A stretch of 64,000 bases of DNA from Stylophora pistillata (GCF_002571385.2 NW_019217896.1:215247-279246), one strand, 5' to 3'; counted from the stretch's first letter, positions 36,501-51,500 are shown. Program-made: numbers and translations. The notes: generated by a model from the sequence alone, not told the origin.

Positions 36501-39500
36501 CAGCGTCTACTAGTGTGTCTAGTTTAGCCTCAACTAGTGCGAGCACTACTACATCGGCGTCAACAAGTGTATCAACTTCGCTTTCAACTAGTGTTTCAAG
36601 CAGCGTAAGGTGAATATTGCATAAAATGTTTCCAAGTCCATGATCTTTTTATGTTTTACGTCGCCTAATTTAACATTCGTTCATTAATCAAACCAGGAAG
36701 CTAGCGAAAATGGAAGCTCTTAATGAGAGTCAGAGAAGTTGGATTGATATTGATACTAATTAGTTAGTCTCGTAAAGTCATTTTTCGCGTGACCTTTTGT
36801 AACCTGTTCTGATTTACTGGTGTTTTCTGAATATTGTTTGCAAGGTGTGACCATATGCTAGAGACATATAATGACAACATTCTAAACGCTTTATGGATTT
36901 TGTAGAGCTCGACTGGTTCATGATGCACGTGATGCGTTAAATCTGGACTCATTATTAATTGTAAAAGACGAAATTGTATTAAAGTACTTAACTTCTAAAA
37001 TCGTTCTGATTTTCTCTTTAATGCATAGTACGTCAACCTCGACCTCAAAGTCTGCTTCAGCTAGTAAATCTACGTCGATTTCTACCAGCTTGTCCAGGTA
37101 TGAATTGTTATCTTACGTTAAAAGTTTATTATATTACACATTGAATGAACGATTTAATTTACATCGTACAGTACGTTGATAAAACATCAATTAAAATACC
37201 TTTTATGGCTTTTGCCTCCCAGATTATCTTTTTTGTCGGAAAAAACGTAATACAGTTCGCTGCGAATACTTTTGTTGCCTGAGATACTAAGAAAATTAAC
37301 AAGATGTAGAATGGGCTCGAACTGTTTGTGGAAATTGCTCAAATTCCATCGACACATTACCTATCATTATGGCCAAATATAAATTATTTCCAAAAGTGAG
37401 GTTCTACAACACGTATTATACTGTGATTCAATCCAGATACAAACGATAAAAAGAAAATGACGTGGACGGGTCAGAAAAAAGATATTGAGAGTGGTTGGAG
37501 TAAAAAAATTTGGATCTATTTCGTGTGTCGGTAATTTGATAATACGTTCAATGTGCGAGAAAAAGATCAACACGGAATGCAGACTACACTTAGCTGAAGA
37601 TACAGCAGGTGATCATAAAAGCGCTGACCAAGTTTTTCGTTGTCTGTTGGTGGCGGTGGTGACATCATAAAATGTCAGAAGAAGGCGACTCTCGTGAACC
37701 CAGGAGTAATATTTTACCTCTTCTCTTTTACAAATACCGCTTAAAGTGTTCTAAATTTACTTCTCAATAGATCTGGCATTAAGAAGAAAAATGCCTTACC
37801 AAGCGATCTGATTTTTGTCATTTTCTAAACAAAGGTTTTACAGCTACTTCGAATTTTCTGCGGCTGCTATCTGCCATCAGCAAGAGTGAAACGCTACACT
37901 GCGAGTGCACCGAGCAACTATTACACGTCATCAGCCCGAAGTGCATTGTACAACACTCAAGATGGCGGAAGTGGCTGTTAGAACCTTCTTTGGAAAACGA
38001 TAAAAAAAAAAAAAAAAAAACAGATCGCTTTGAAAGGAAATTTTTTATATGCCAGATCTATTGAGGTAAATTGTGAACATTTTGAGCGATAGAAGGAGTA
38101 AGAGAACTCATTACTGCGAAGACCGCCCTCATATTAATTTCTTTAACCGCAGTTCACAGATATGATTTTCATATTTTCACAAACATTGACTAATCTCTTC
38201 ACGGGTTTCTGTACTACGAACCAACAAAATGATCAGCTCCCAGTTGGCTTTGAAGCTCAGTTGGCAGAGCACAGCACCGGTATCGCAGAGGTCATGGGTT
38301 CAAATCCCGTTTAGGCCTGAATTTTTTTCAGGCCTTATTTCCACTACTGCTTAAGTAGTTTTGGTTACAATGAATATATGAAGTTCATATATTTATTGTC
38401 AGTGGTTCGAATCCCGTACAGGCCTGGTTTTTTTCAGGTCTGATTTTCGCTATTGCATAAATAGCGCTCTCTACTGCGAGGATCGTGCATCATACGTACT
38501 TAATTAGTTTTAAACAACAACAAACATATGAAACATATGTGTGAACTGCGGTTATGAGACGTATATGAGCACGATCCTTCGCGAAGGATCGTGCTCATAT
38601 ACGTTAATTAGTTTTCATTACTGCGAAGATTGCTCACATATTCATTTTGAGCGGTATTTGTAAAAAGAGTAGAGGTTCCCCATAAAGCCATGACAAAGTC
38701 GTTTTTGATGATGATGGCAATGACGATGGTGATAGGTTTGATAGTAGCAAAGATGGAAATGGAGGTATGATGATTAAAAGGGGCAGTGATGGTGAAAATG
38801 ATGCCGATTGTGGGATTTTAAGTATCAGTATTCCATGCTGAAATCATGGTGGCGAGGCACGGCAAACTCTGTTACTCTATCGCAGGAGCAAGTTTATTGT
38901 GGATGGTAAGAGGGCAATGAGAGATGCATAAAGTATTTTTAAAATAATTTTCATGTATAAGTTGAGCTCAACGAGTCTATGGAGATAGAGAGTGTCGATG
39001 TCAATTCCTCCCTCTTTCGATCTCCTAGTTCACAACCGTTATACACTCAAGGTCTATCTTCCTATGGCACGAGTAAATCAAAGTCAGTTTTTCAAGTGTC
39101 CTCGTCCCAGTCGAAGTCCGGCCCGATATTCCCGCCAATCTCGTCATATCAACCAGTTTCAGAGAAAACTGCAGCCACTGTGTTTCCATCGTCTGCGCAC
39201 ACATGGTCCTCCAAAGTACAATATTCAATACCTACATCAAGTAGGAAGCCCCCAAGTTTGAAGTCACCGTCGAAATCCTCTACATCCAGTGTCTCATCGT
39301 CCAGGTTACTAGCACTATTGTAAACATGGGAGAGGAAGGGAGGGTTGGGAGATGAGCAGAGGGAGAGGGGATGGGCAGAGGGGTTGAGGATAGGTGGAAG
39401 GGTATGGGATGGGCGTTTGGGTGTGAGGGAGAAACACCAAAATCCATCATAGAGGAAAAATGGTTATGGACGAAAAAGGGTGAAATATATGTATTTATCT

Positions 39501-42500
39501 GCTTATAGAACACTGCTGAAAGGAGATGTACGATGTATGGACTGCTTGTTGAGTTTAATGAGCAGACACTGAAGTGATCATTTTGTTCGTCTAATTTTTC
39601 TGCTTTGGACAGGGAAGGACAACGTTTGAAATTGAAAGCAGTCTTTTGATCAATAAAGGGCATCTTTAATTTCTGAAAAATAAAATAAGTCTTCAAACTA
39701 TCCGCGTAACTGCTCGCATAGATCGGAAAAAGTAAGAAGGTGTGCTTGGTGAGGAAACTCCCTGCTACTGTTCTTGGCTTGGAAATCAATCTTTCTTTAA
39801 ATTTAGTAATCCCTTGCAAAAATTTCCCCACAAACTAACCCAACCGGTTAGAACATTGAAAACTCTATAAGGTTTTGGTTAAGCATAAAACAAATGAAAT
39901 AACTTGAGCAGAGAACAACAACAACAAAAAAGACGCAAAAAGCGCAGACCATACCATTAGACTACGATTTCACTTACTGTGTTTTAGTTTTAGTTACAGG
40001 GTAGAACTGTAACTATTAGATAGCCCCCCACAAAAATGTATCGTTCGTCGATTATTCTGTTCAGTTTTGTACCCTAATGTTTTCTTTACTATATAGTATA
40101 TCAACATCAACCTCAGCTAGTACGAGCTTGAGCTCAAGTGCGTCGACATCTACCTCAACAAGTGTATCCACATCCACAAGTGTGAGGTAAGTTTCCTTTT
40201 GGTTTTCTTTTTAACTAGTTATTAAGAAAAGGCTTGTGCAGCTGGACTGATGATCAATTAAAATAGTCATCTGAGTGTATCTTTGACCTTGGTTTTTTTT
40301 TTTTTATTGTACATTAAAATGACGATTTGCATAAATATTAGAGGAACCTCACTGTTTTCAACACATTTGCAGTCATGTGTCATTAACCAAGCGACGTTTT
40401 TTGAAATTTCGCTGGTATTGAAACTGAAGTAACGATAGAGCTAAATGTCCCAACGTTATGATTTAATACACCTAAATAAATGGCGTATTTTGGGAGCTGT
40501 TAGGTCATCCAATAAGAAATATCTTATCCCACTATTATATCATGTTATGATTTTGGGATCATCTAAAACCATTGTCTGACAACCTTATCGATCGCATGAG
40601 GAACGCAAAAAATGGAAACGACGCAAAAGAAACCAGTCAGCCAAAATGACCAATCACTAAAATAAAATATATATATATGTTTTGATGGGAAGCTCTTCGC
40701 TCAAGAGGTCAAACCAAGGAGAGGCCAACAAATACAAAAATTGGATCGATCAATGCGGCCATTTCTCCCTCTGCTTTCCATTCATTCACGTCCTTTGGTC
40801 CTAATAAGGTAAAATGAGGTGATAATGGAACAATAAATTAGAGGGATTAGTGGTGCTTTGGGTGGCATTGTTCCTTATGATAATGGTGGATTAGTTTGCT
40901 ATTGGTCAGTAGGGCTCCTTGGTGCGGTCACTGCATCAGAAATAAAATGGTATTAAGTAGAAGTGAATGAAAGACTGCACAAAGGAAAGATACAAAAAAA
41001 GGTGCTGCTATCGTGGGATCTTCCTGATCACGCACAAACTTTTGTAATTGTATTCACTTAATAAGAATGACTAAATTCAATGCCAACAGTACTGGTTCAA
41101 TGTTATTGGAACGCTTTTGAATTCTATGTGCAGTCAAAAAACGTATCACATCAAATCTGGTGGACTTCATTACCTTTAAATAAAATGGTTATGTCAGTGG
41201 AGAAGCGATAATGAAGCTCACTAGGAACTTTCAGGAACTTCTCAGGTGTCCAAACATTTCCATCACAAAATTTTAATAAGGTAAACGTGAAGTGTGATTN
41301 ATCATCGTGTTTGGGCACTAAGTCTAAAATAAAAACACAATCTTCGTAGTTCAACAATATGGAGATCAAGACGTCTTTCAAGCATCACGGAGATTAAGTA
41401 TTTCAGAGTTGAAGGTGGTAAAAGCTGTACCGATCGTTGTAGAGGTGTTACTGCTGCAGTTACTTATATTAGTGCTGCTGCTGATGCTATTGTTGATGGT
41501 AATAATGTTGGTGACGAGGAGGAAAAGTATGATCATGATGGTATGGTGGTGATGAATATAAAGTTGTTTATAATGATCATGGCGTATTTAAGTAAAGAGA
41601 TTTTTTGGGCAATGTTTCAAAATACGATACATATCGTCTTTCAGTGTTTCTACTTCAAAGTCCACTCCCGCGTTACCGTCGTCATATCAACCCTTTTCGG
41701 AGAAGACAGCAGCCACTGTGTATCCATCCTCTGCGCACTCGTCCTTCAGAGTACAGTATTCAATACCTACATCAAGTAGGATACCGCCAAGTTTAAAGCA
41801 AACGACGACATCTTCAACATCTAGTGCCTCATCTTCCAGGTTATTAGTTTCTGTTAATAAGAAGTGGATTTCTCATCAAGGGATTTAAGAGAAGTGGAAA
41901 ACACGAAAAAAAAATACATTTTGGTGGTTTACTATACAGCTTTGTGAATCAAATAAGAAAAAGGAGTATTTAAAGGGCATTTACCTGGTTTTGACTAAAG
42001 TCAAGTGAAGCCTACAGCAAAATATTATGGTTTTCTGACTAAAGATGATTAAAAATGAGGAATGGTAGGGATCAAGACTAGCAAGGGATGTATCTCGATT
42101 ACATATGTAAGGGTAGTTGAAAGGAGTAATTTACCAATTTAAACATCGGTTGTTTTAACTCAATTAAAATACTTTCTAGTAGCTAAATTATGACTCAGAA
42201 TAGAGCGTACAGTTAAATCAGGTTAAGAATGCTGTATGAAATACGTCTTCTACGCTTATTGCAGATAAAGTTGCTCAATTGAGATTTATTGACTTCAATA
42301 GCTCAACTCCATTTCTTTTTGAATTAATTTTTTTAGCTCAAGCACGTCTTCATCAACATCACAATCAACATCTTTGAGTTCAAGCAAGTCAACAAGTGTG
42401 TCGACCTCAGTGAGTAGTAGTACATCCACCTCAACCTCAAAAGGTGTCAGCTCACCAACAACCACAGTTTTCTCAACATATTCCAGTGCCAGCACAAGTA

Positions 42501-45500
42501 CCTCAACATCAGTGTCCACCAGTGTATCTACATCAACGTCAACTAGTGTGAGTATACCAACAACGTCTGTTTCCACGACATTGTCAAGTGCGAGTACAAG
42601 TACATCAACATCAGTGTCCACCAGTGTGTCTACCTCAACGTCAACAAGTATCAGCTTCAGTTGNNNNNNNNNNNATCAACTAGTACTTCAACTTCCGTTA
42701 CCACAAGTACTTCAACGTCAACGTCGGCAAGTGTTAGTACACCAACTACTACAGTTTTCTCGACATATTCAAGTGCCAGCACAAGTACCTCAACATCAGT
42801 GTCCACCAGTGTATCTACATCAACGTCAACTAGTGTGAGTATACCAACAACGTCTGTTTCCACGACATTGTCAAGTGCGAGTACAAGTACCTCAACATCA
42901 GTGTCCACCAGTGTACCTACATCAACGTCAACTAGTGTGAGTATACCAACAACGTCTGTTTCTACAACTTTGTCAAGTGCGAGTACAAGTACATTAACAT
43001 CAGTTTCCACCAGTGTGTCTACCTCAACGTCAACAAGTAAGTCGAAGTCAACATCCACCTCAACCTCAAAGAGTGTTAGCACACCAACAACCACAGTTTT
43101 CTCCACATACTCCAGTGCGAGCACAAGTACCTCCACATCAGTGTCCAACAGTGTGTCTACCTCAACGTCAAGTATTGTTAGTATACCGACAACATCGGTT
43201 TCTAGGACATTGTCAAGTGCAAGTACAAGTACTTCGACGTCAGTGTCTACCAGTGTGTCTACATCCACATCTACATCAACGTCAACAAGTAAGTCGAAAT
43301 CGACGTCGACGAGTGCTTCAACATCGACGAGTGCCTCAACCAGCACGTCCACGTCAACTTCAGCATCCAAAAGGTATGGTTATGCAAATGGTGGTTTTTT
43401 TTTCTTTTTAGTAAGATTTGCTTTTGGATTATCGTTAGAAATGTTTTAGAAATTTTTAGCGGATAAAATTCATCTAAGGTACGTGTCTAAAAATAAATGT
43501 TAGAAAGGCGATGCCTTGTTTTTTCCCTGAAAATAAAACTGCAGAGAAATAGAGCGCCACTCTTTTGCTAGGAAGCTGTATTTACCAGTCATATGCTCAT
43601 TATAATGTTTAATTTACAAGGCGATGGGTTTCTTAAGTTATTAATTTCTGGTGTCTAAGTTCATTTCCATGAGGACTTGAGCTCTTGCCGCGTCATTTGA
43701 AATACAGGGTCAGCTCTCTTTTTTTTAATATAATGAAGAGTAGTTCCATTTCACTACCTTGAGAAGATGATGCGTGTTTGTTTCTGGAATTGTGAATCAT
43801 TTTCCTTTAGAAGTTCAGCAACCTTAAGCCCGCTTGGATCCCTTCCCATACAAATAAGAGCTTATGTTTGATTAAATGTTTTATGGATAGAAACGGTACT
43901 TACATTTAAGGGTCGCTTAAGAGTCATCTTTGATCCTTACTAGGCCGCGGGTCGAGGTGGATTTATTAAATTATTTACTCAAGGAACTTAAGAGTTACAG
44001 TGTTGCGGTGCTAATTAGGCGTTGCTTTTCTTATTCTGGGCTTTGGGAGGTGTTTTCCTTTCACTCCTATCTCTATTTTTGGCGGTAACGAAGCATTTAT
44101 CAAGAAGTCCAGGGACTTTTTTTTGATGAATGTTCAAGGCCTTACGGAATGTTTAAGCGGATTACCACCGCGCCCAACTTATTGATCGACATTCAGCACT
44201 ACAAACGTCACAAAAGAAAGATTCCGACCGTATTCCATTCACTCTCACGTTTCACCCTCACAACCACTCAGTTAAATCCATCATTCTTAAAAACTTTAAA
44301 TTACTTCAAAACGATCCAGAGACAAGCACTCTCTTTTCGCAGCCTCCGCNNNNNNNNNNNNNNNNNNNNNNNNNNNNNNNNNNNNNNNNNNNNNNNNNNN
44401 NNNNNNNNNNNNNNNNNNNNNNNNNNNNNNNNNNNNNNNNNNNNNNNNNNNNNNNNNNNNNNNNNNNNNNNNNNNNNNNNNNNNNNNNNNNNNNNNNNNN
44501 NNNNNNNNNNNNNNNNNNNNNNNNNNNNNNNNNNNNNNNNNNNNNNNNNNNNNNNNNNNNNNNNNNNNNNNNNNNNNNNNNNNNNNNNNNNNNNNNNNNN
44601 NNNNNNNNNNNNNNNNNNNNNNNNNNNNNNNNNNNNNNNNNNNNNNNNNNNNNNNNNNNNNNNNNNNNACGACATTGTCAAGTGCGAGTACAAGTACATC
44701 AACATCAGTGTCCACCAGTGTGTCTACCTCAACGTCAACAAGTAAGTCGAAGTCAACATCCACCTCAACCTCAAAGAGTGTTAGCACACCAACAACCACA
44801 GTTTTCTCCACATACTCCAGTGCCAGCACAAGTACCTCCACATCAGTGTCCACCAGTGTGTCTACCTCAACCTCAACTAGTGTTAGCATTCCAACAACAT
44901 CGGTATCCACGACATATTCAAGTGGCAGCAAAAGTTATTCGACCTCAATATCCACAAGTGTGACTACTTCAACAATCAAATCAACATCCCGTAGCACCAG
45001 TACATCTTCCTCGACATCAACTAGTGTCAGTACCCCAACAACCACAGTTTTGTCAACATATTCCAGTGCCAGCACTAGTACCTCCACATCAGTGTCCACT
45101 AGTGTGTCTACCTCAACCTCAACTAGTGTGAGCATTCCAACAACTTCGGTATCCACGGCATATTCGAGTGGCAGCAATAGTTATTCAACTTCAGTTTCGA
45201 CCAGTGCGTCGAACTCAGCGTCGAAATCGGCATCATCCTCTTCTTTAACATCAAGGAGATTTTCAATTTCTGTTAGCACAAGCATCTCCACGTCAACATC
45301 AGCAAGTGTCAGTACACCGACTGCAACAATATTCTCGACATACTCTAGTGCCAGCACTAGTACTTCAACATCAATATCCACCAGTGTGTCCACCTCAACG
45401 TCGAGTAGTGTTAGTATACCGACAACATCGGTTTCTAGGACATTGTCAAGTGCAAGTACAAGTACTTCGACGTCAGTGTCTACCAGTGTGTCTACATCCA

Positions 45501-48500
45501 CATCTACATCAGTTTCAACATCGACTACATCGAGTTCAAGTAGGTCAACTAGTGTATCAACATCTCTAAGCACAAGCACTTCCACATCGACCTCAACAAG
45601 TGTTAGTACACCGACAACTAAAGTTTTCTCGACATATTCCAGTGCAAGCACAAGTACTTCAACATCAATATCAACCAGTGTGTCTACTTCAACCTCAACT
45701 AGCGTGAGCATTCCAACTACGTCGGTATCCACGACACTTTCTAGTGCGAGCACTTCAACGTCATTTTCCACCAGTGTGTCTACCTCAACCTCTAACTCTG
45801 CTTCAACATCAAGTAGTGTTTCAACTTCCGTTAGCACAAGCACTTCCACGTCAACATCAGCAAGTGTCAGTACACCAACTACAACAATATTCTCGACATA
45901 CTCAAGTGCCAGCACTAGTATTTCAACATCTATATCCACTAGTGTGTCTACTTCAACCTCAACAAGTGTAAGCACACCAACAACATCGGTTTCTACGACA
46001 TATTTTAGTGGCAGCAAAAGCTATTCAACGTCAGTGTCCACCAGTACTTCTACTTCGACGTCATCTTCTACTTCGATTAGCTTAAGTAAATCCGCAAGTG
46101 CTTCAATATCTGGTAGTACTAGTGTATCAAAGACGACCTCAACAAGTGTATCAACATCTGCTAGTACAAGTTCGTCGACGTCAACGTCAACAAGTGTGTC
46201 CACCTCAACATCTGCTAGTACCAGGTATGTGAATGCAATTCTTTCTGCGTTTTCCTCGAGGTTTGATATTTTTTCACGGCACTTTTCCTGGTATAGTATT
46301 TGTCAACCCTAAAGGAAAACGTAAAATACATGTACAAGACTTGTGCGTAGGTCAGGTCTTTCTTTTCATGGAAGTTCATGTATATTACTGACACTTTTGA
46401 AGAGGCTTTCCTCTTCACTAGGACCTTCGTAGCATTTCAAGTAAAGAAAAAGGTGCGCCTTTCCTCCTGGTAGTGTCTTTCCTTTTCTCGAGAGAAAGGT
46501 TTTAGTAAATTTTTTTTGTACATCCTTTCCACGTAGAAAGAAATGCAGTTGAATATAAAAAGAATTAAATTGTCGGCTTTAGATTAGCAAGCATCATTCA
46601 TTAAGACACTTCCATGATTTCGAAAACGATGATTATTACTTTATACAATCTCATTTTCCATTTAATCATACGTAAATCATTGAGCATGGGAAGTTGAAGA
46701 TTCAAACAAACAAATATATATATATATATATATAAATTTGTTTTCTTACTCTCCATTTTATCATACGTAAATGATTCATCGATTGTTCGGAAGTGAATAA
46801 TACTTGCTATTCACTTCCGAACTAGCCAATAAGCTTACGCAAAAAGACGCTATTCACTTGTGTGGTATATACTAATTATTGATATTGGAAGCTATCAAAG
46901 CCAAGTAGGAAAAAAATGACATTGAAGAATAAGAAGGATGAAAGATAGCTCCAAAAGGCCGCCCTTTTCTTTAGGCCTAGAAACCGAGTGCGAATAATCC
47001 AATTGCATTTGTATAAATCTAGTCGTCGTTCAAAACTTAACCACCTGACAGGTTTATGGTGTTGTTTACCACTGCACACCGTCGGATTACTCGCCACACG
47101 ACAGATGACGAGTGTCGTAGCTAATCAGATTACAGTAGTTGTGAAGGAGCCTGGTAGGTTTGTACTCAAACGCGCCAGGAGTTGATTCTCTTTGAGGGAT
47201 CAAAAAAGCCATTGAAGTCAAATTGTAGTTGATGATGAAGATGGGGTTAATGATGGTGATGATAATGCTGTTAGCGGTGATGATTGTTGTGACAATGGTG
47301 CTGTGAGATTTATGATGATGTAGACGTTAAAAGAAGAAACATGCAAAAGAAGGTAGATAACTGTTATCGCCGTCATTAAAACTGATCCATGAAATTCAAA
47401 CACTGACTGCGTTTTTAGATTCTAATGGGTAACCTTACCGCTAGAAATTTGTCTACAAACTTATTACATTGGCCGCTAATCTGTAACGTTACCGACTTCG
47501 GCTCATATTGTTTCACTCGGTGGGTTAGCTAACTGAAAGCAGAACTCAATGCTATTTGAAGAATTGCACGGTATGGATTCTGGCTACGTTACTAAGATGT
47601 TCAAAATGGTGGCGTCGGTAATGGAAGTTTCAAGAGTTAAGGATAATTCTTGAAAGGTAATACTGCTATATTTAATCTTAAAAACAGTAAGAAGTACTTT
47701 TTAAAACGTTTTAATAGCGAATGTCAAAATTATATAGTTTTGTAGTTTTTAAGTATATTGTGAGGTTGATTAAGTATATTGTGAGGTTGTCGATGAGAGA
47801 ACTAAAGGTATGATAGTTGTGAGACGTATGGTGGTCTTGATATAAATGTTATGGGCTTCATGTTGGCGTTAGTAGTATCGTGGTTAGTACAACTGTAGTT
47901 GCATTTCCCTGGAAAAAAACTGCCAAATTGTTAGAACTCCAGGTTTTTCCTTCAAGTATCGAGAGAGTTTTTATTTTGAAATGTGCTATAGACACTACAG
48001 TGGAACATCGATTTAACGAAGTGTAAAGGGACTGGGGAAACTGGTTCGTTATATCGAGGATTCGTTATATCGAGGTTCTGTGACATACATTTTACTGTAA
48101 CTTTAGCCAGGCTGAAACTGAAGTATCATTCGTTATACCAAGGATTTCAATATACAGAGGTTCGTTAAATCGAGGTTCCACTGTATTTTGTTTGCTTGCA
48201 ACAAGTCGTTTGAGACTAAAAATCAAATGACTTTTTAAATCAACCAATTGATTCCAATAAAATTATAGAAGAGAGTGTAGAGGATAGGAGATATAACCAT
48301 CAAGATTACGCTGTGCTGTTACAAATGTCAGAGATTTAGGAAAAGGGAAGGGTGGATTTTTCTAAAATGCCAAGTGTGATGACAAAGTGGTCACCAGTCA
48401 ACTTTTTTGTTCAACTTGGTTAGCTCGGTGCCTTTGTATACTCAAGCTCCATCTTCTCGCGTTGAGAGTAAATGGAAGTCAGCCCTCACCATTTCTTCTG

Positions 48501-51500
48501 CCTCAAAGTTCTCACCGGTATTTCCCTCGTCTTTCAGTGTTTCTACTTCGAGGTCCACTCCAGTGTTACCGTCGTCATATCAACCAGTTTCTGAGAAGAC
48601 TGCAGTCACTGTTTTCCCATCTAGTGCCCTGACAAGAAGTACAGGGACACAGTACTCTATACCCACATCAAGTCGAAAGCCACCAAGTTTGAAGCCATCG
48701 ACACAATCATCCACGTCAAGGTTTTTACATTTACCATTCAGCTGTGAAGGGTGGTAAGTTAATAGTTAAGGATGGTGAGGGAGCATAAACCAATCCACTT
48801 CAACCTTCACTCGTGGAGTGCAGCCATAGGTGAAAGCGGGAATGTTAGGATACGTGGCTAGTTGATGGGAGGGGTGTACAGAACGGGAGGGAAATAAGGC
48901 TTATATCAAGCCAAAGAAAGAAAAGGCAGGGGTGGTGAAGTGATCTTGGTTGGTTTGCAGTTTACAACTAACATCCTGCCCTGCTCCGTACTCTACTATC
49001 ACCAAATAAGTATATTTTCACAAGAGGCAAAGTTAATGCCTTGAGCATTCAAAAGAAATCTTACCCTTGACTTGTGCCATAACCTACTAAAACCGAACCA
49101 CACACGGAAGTTATGGTTTCTTACGCTAACTCTAGATTTTTCTTCAAACTAAACCCCTTACGATAAAATCGCACCAAATATACCAAACTGATGCTGGGTC
49201 TTCTCGTTAATATTTCTGTACTTTGCATTTTTTTCTTTGTAGTTTGTCAACCTCAACAAGTTCTAGCACAAGCACCTCAACATCAGCTTCCTCAAGTGTG
49301 TCTATGTCGACCTCAAAAAGTGTGAGCACTCCAACAACATCAGTTTCAAAGACTTATTCTAGTGCCAGCACAAGTATCTCAACTTCAGTGTCCACAAGCG
49401 TGTCGATTTCAACCTCGAAGTCTATTTCAACATCGACTTCATTGAGTTCAAGTAAGTCAACAAGTGTATCAACGTCAACTAGTACCAGTACAACCAAGTC
49501 AACATCAACAAGTGTCAGTACTCCAACAACCACAGTTTTCTCGACATATTCCAGTGCTAGCACAAGTACCTCGACATCAGTGTCCACCAGTGTGTCTACC
49601 TCAACCTCCACTAGTGTGAGCATTCCAACAACATCGGTCTCCACGACATATTCAAGTGGCAGCAAAAGTTATTCAACCTCAGTGTCGACCAGTGCGTCTA
49701 CGTCGGCGTCGAAATCGACCTCAACGTCTGCTTCAACATCGACTGGTGTTTCAACTTCTGTTAGCACAAGCACCTCCACGTCAACATCAGCAAGTGTTAG
49801 TACACCAACTACAACAATATTCTCGACATACTCAAGTGCCAGCACAAGTACCTCAACATCAATATCCACCAGTGTGTCTACCTCAACGTCAACTAGTGTG
49901 AGTACACCGACAACATCGGTTTCCAAGACATTGTCAAGTGCAAGCACAAGTGCCTCGACGACAGCGTCCACCTCTACATCTGTTTCAACATCGACTTCAT
50001 TGAGCACAAGTAAGTCACCAAGTCTATCAACATCGCTCAGCACTAGCACATCCACATCGACCTCGACAAGTGTCAGTACACCAACAACCACAGTTTTCTC
50101 GACATATTCCAGTGCAAGCACAAGTACTTCAACATCCGTATCCACCAGTGTGTCTACCTCAACGTCAACTAGTGTGAGCACTAGTACCAGTGCCAGCACA
50201 TCAGTATCAACGAGTGTTTCCACATCAGTATCAACTTCAACATCAACATCAACCACCTTGTCTCGGTGAGTTTCTCTTAAGATTATACTAGAATAATTGT
50301 CAAATGTCATCGAGAAGGTAAATACAAATAGCTCTTCTTGGTTAAGTTCTTTGTTTTTAAAACTTTTCATTCAAAATTTATAATCTCTTCATTCAAACAA
50401 TATACTCGTAACTAACTTAAACTTTCGTACTTAAGCAATAACTTGAGTGCAAATAACTATTTTTACATATTGTGGAGACGGGAGGAGGGGGTGGGGCAGG
50501 AATAAGAAAAGATTCGAGAACCAGTGCAGCCCGTACGGAAGCGAATTAAGCGTCCCTAGACCTTCGCTAGCGATGGTAGCTTTCGAATGCATGTCAGATC
50601 TTGGTGTGTTGTCTCGGTATATTTTCTCGGTAACCTGTCTTGTAGTTTGGATTGGGAAACAAGAATTCAAAATGCATAGGTTTGGTTTTGGTTGCGGTTT
50701 TTTGTTTGTTCCCCCAATTTGCTTAAATTTGCATTATGAAGCATCAAAGATCTCTTAACCTCTAATATGTGTAGGTCATCAGAGTTAGTCGGTTATCTTT
50801 CCCTTGGCTAAGGTACTTCCATTAATAATTTTGTTGAAGAGGCATTCTTTTATTTTAGTTTCACCAGTTTGGTGACGACAACGACGCCAACATTCACGAA
50901 GTCTGTTTCCTCATCGGCTTCCACGAGTTTCTCGAGCTCAATTAGTCCCTCGCTGTCCTCCTCAGTTTCGACATCTTTTAGCGTTTGTGAGTATCCGAAG
51001 TTGCTATTTCCTTTGTACTGAGTAGACTCACTTTTAGATAAGCCCCGTGCGTAGCTACCTTCTGTTGCAAATTCTTACATTGAGTGTCCCTTTGAGAGTC
51101 ACTTTGTAAAGCATTGGGGGCTAATTCCTTTCTGATTAAGAAAATATTTTTTCATCGTTAGTATGGGTACTCGCAATTTCACTAAGCAATTGCTGGATAC
51201 GCTTTCCTAGAAAAAATCTGAAGTTTCGGTTAGAATGTATATTGAAGGGTCCATTAGCCCTTCTTTTAAATTTCGGCCACTTTCGAAATTACAATTAGCC
51301 ACAAAATCTCAGGAAAAGATAGAAGTACGGAATATCAGCTTGACCGTTCCGTAGTCCTTCCCTAGTTTCATCTCTGTCTCTTGTTAAACGCAGACAAAAA
51401 GGGAATTGTTTTGCAATTTTGCGTAACACAACAAAAATGTGTTCAGTTAACTAAAGAAAACCTTTAAGGATCACACTTAAATTCTTATGGATTAGAAAAG

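Noticed and set aside
38246-38317. Functional tRNA genes (also 16021-16106 and 30318-30388)
   Set aside because: A and B boxes are present, but anticodon arms and acceptor stems are irregular and the flanks are repeat-like. Better explained as SINE heads or pseudogenes; tRNAscan-SE would settle it.
36172-50370. Minus-strand Val/Asp/Glu-rich ORFs (VDVEVDTLVD...) and plus-strand Gln/Pro/His-rich alternative frames
   Set aside because: These are shadows of the Ser/Thr codons of the mucin exons. They coincide with those exons and lack their own splice or start context.
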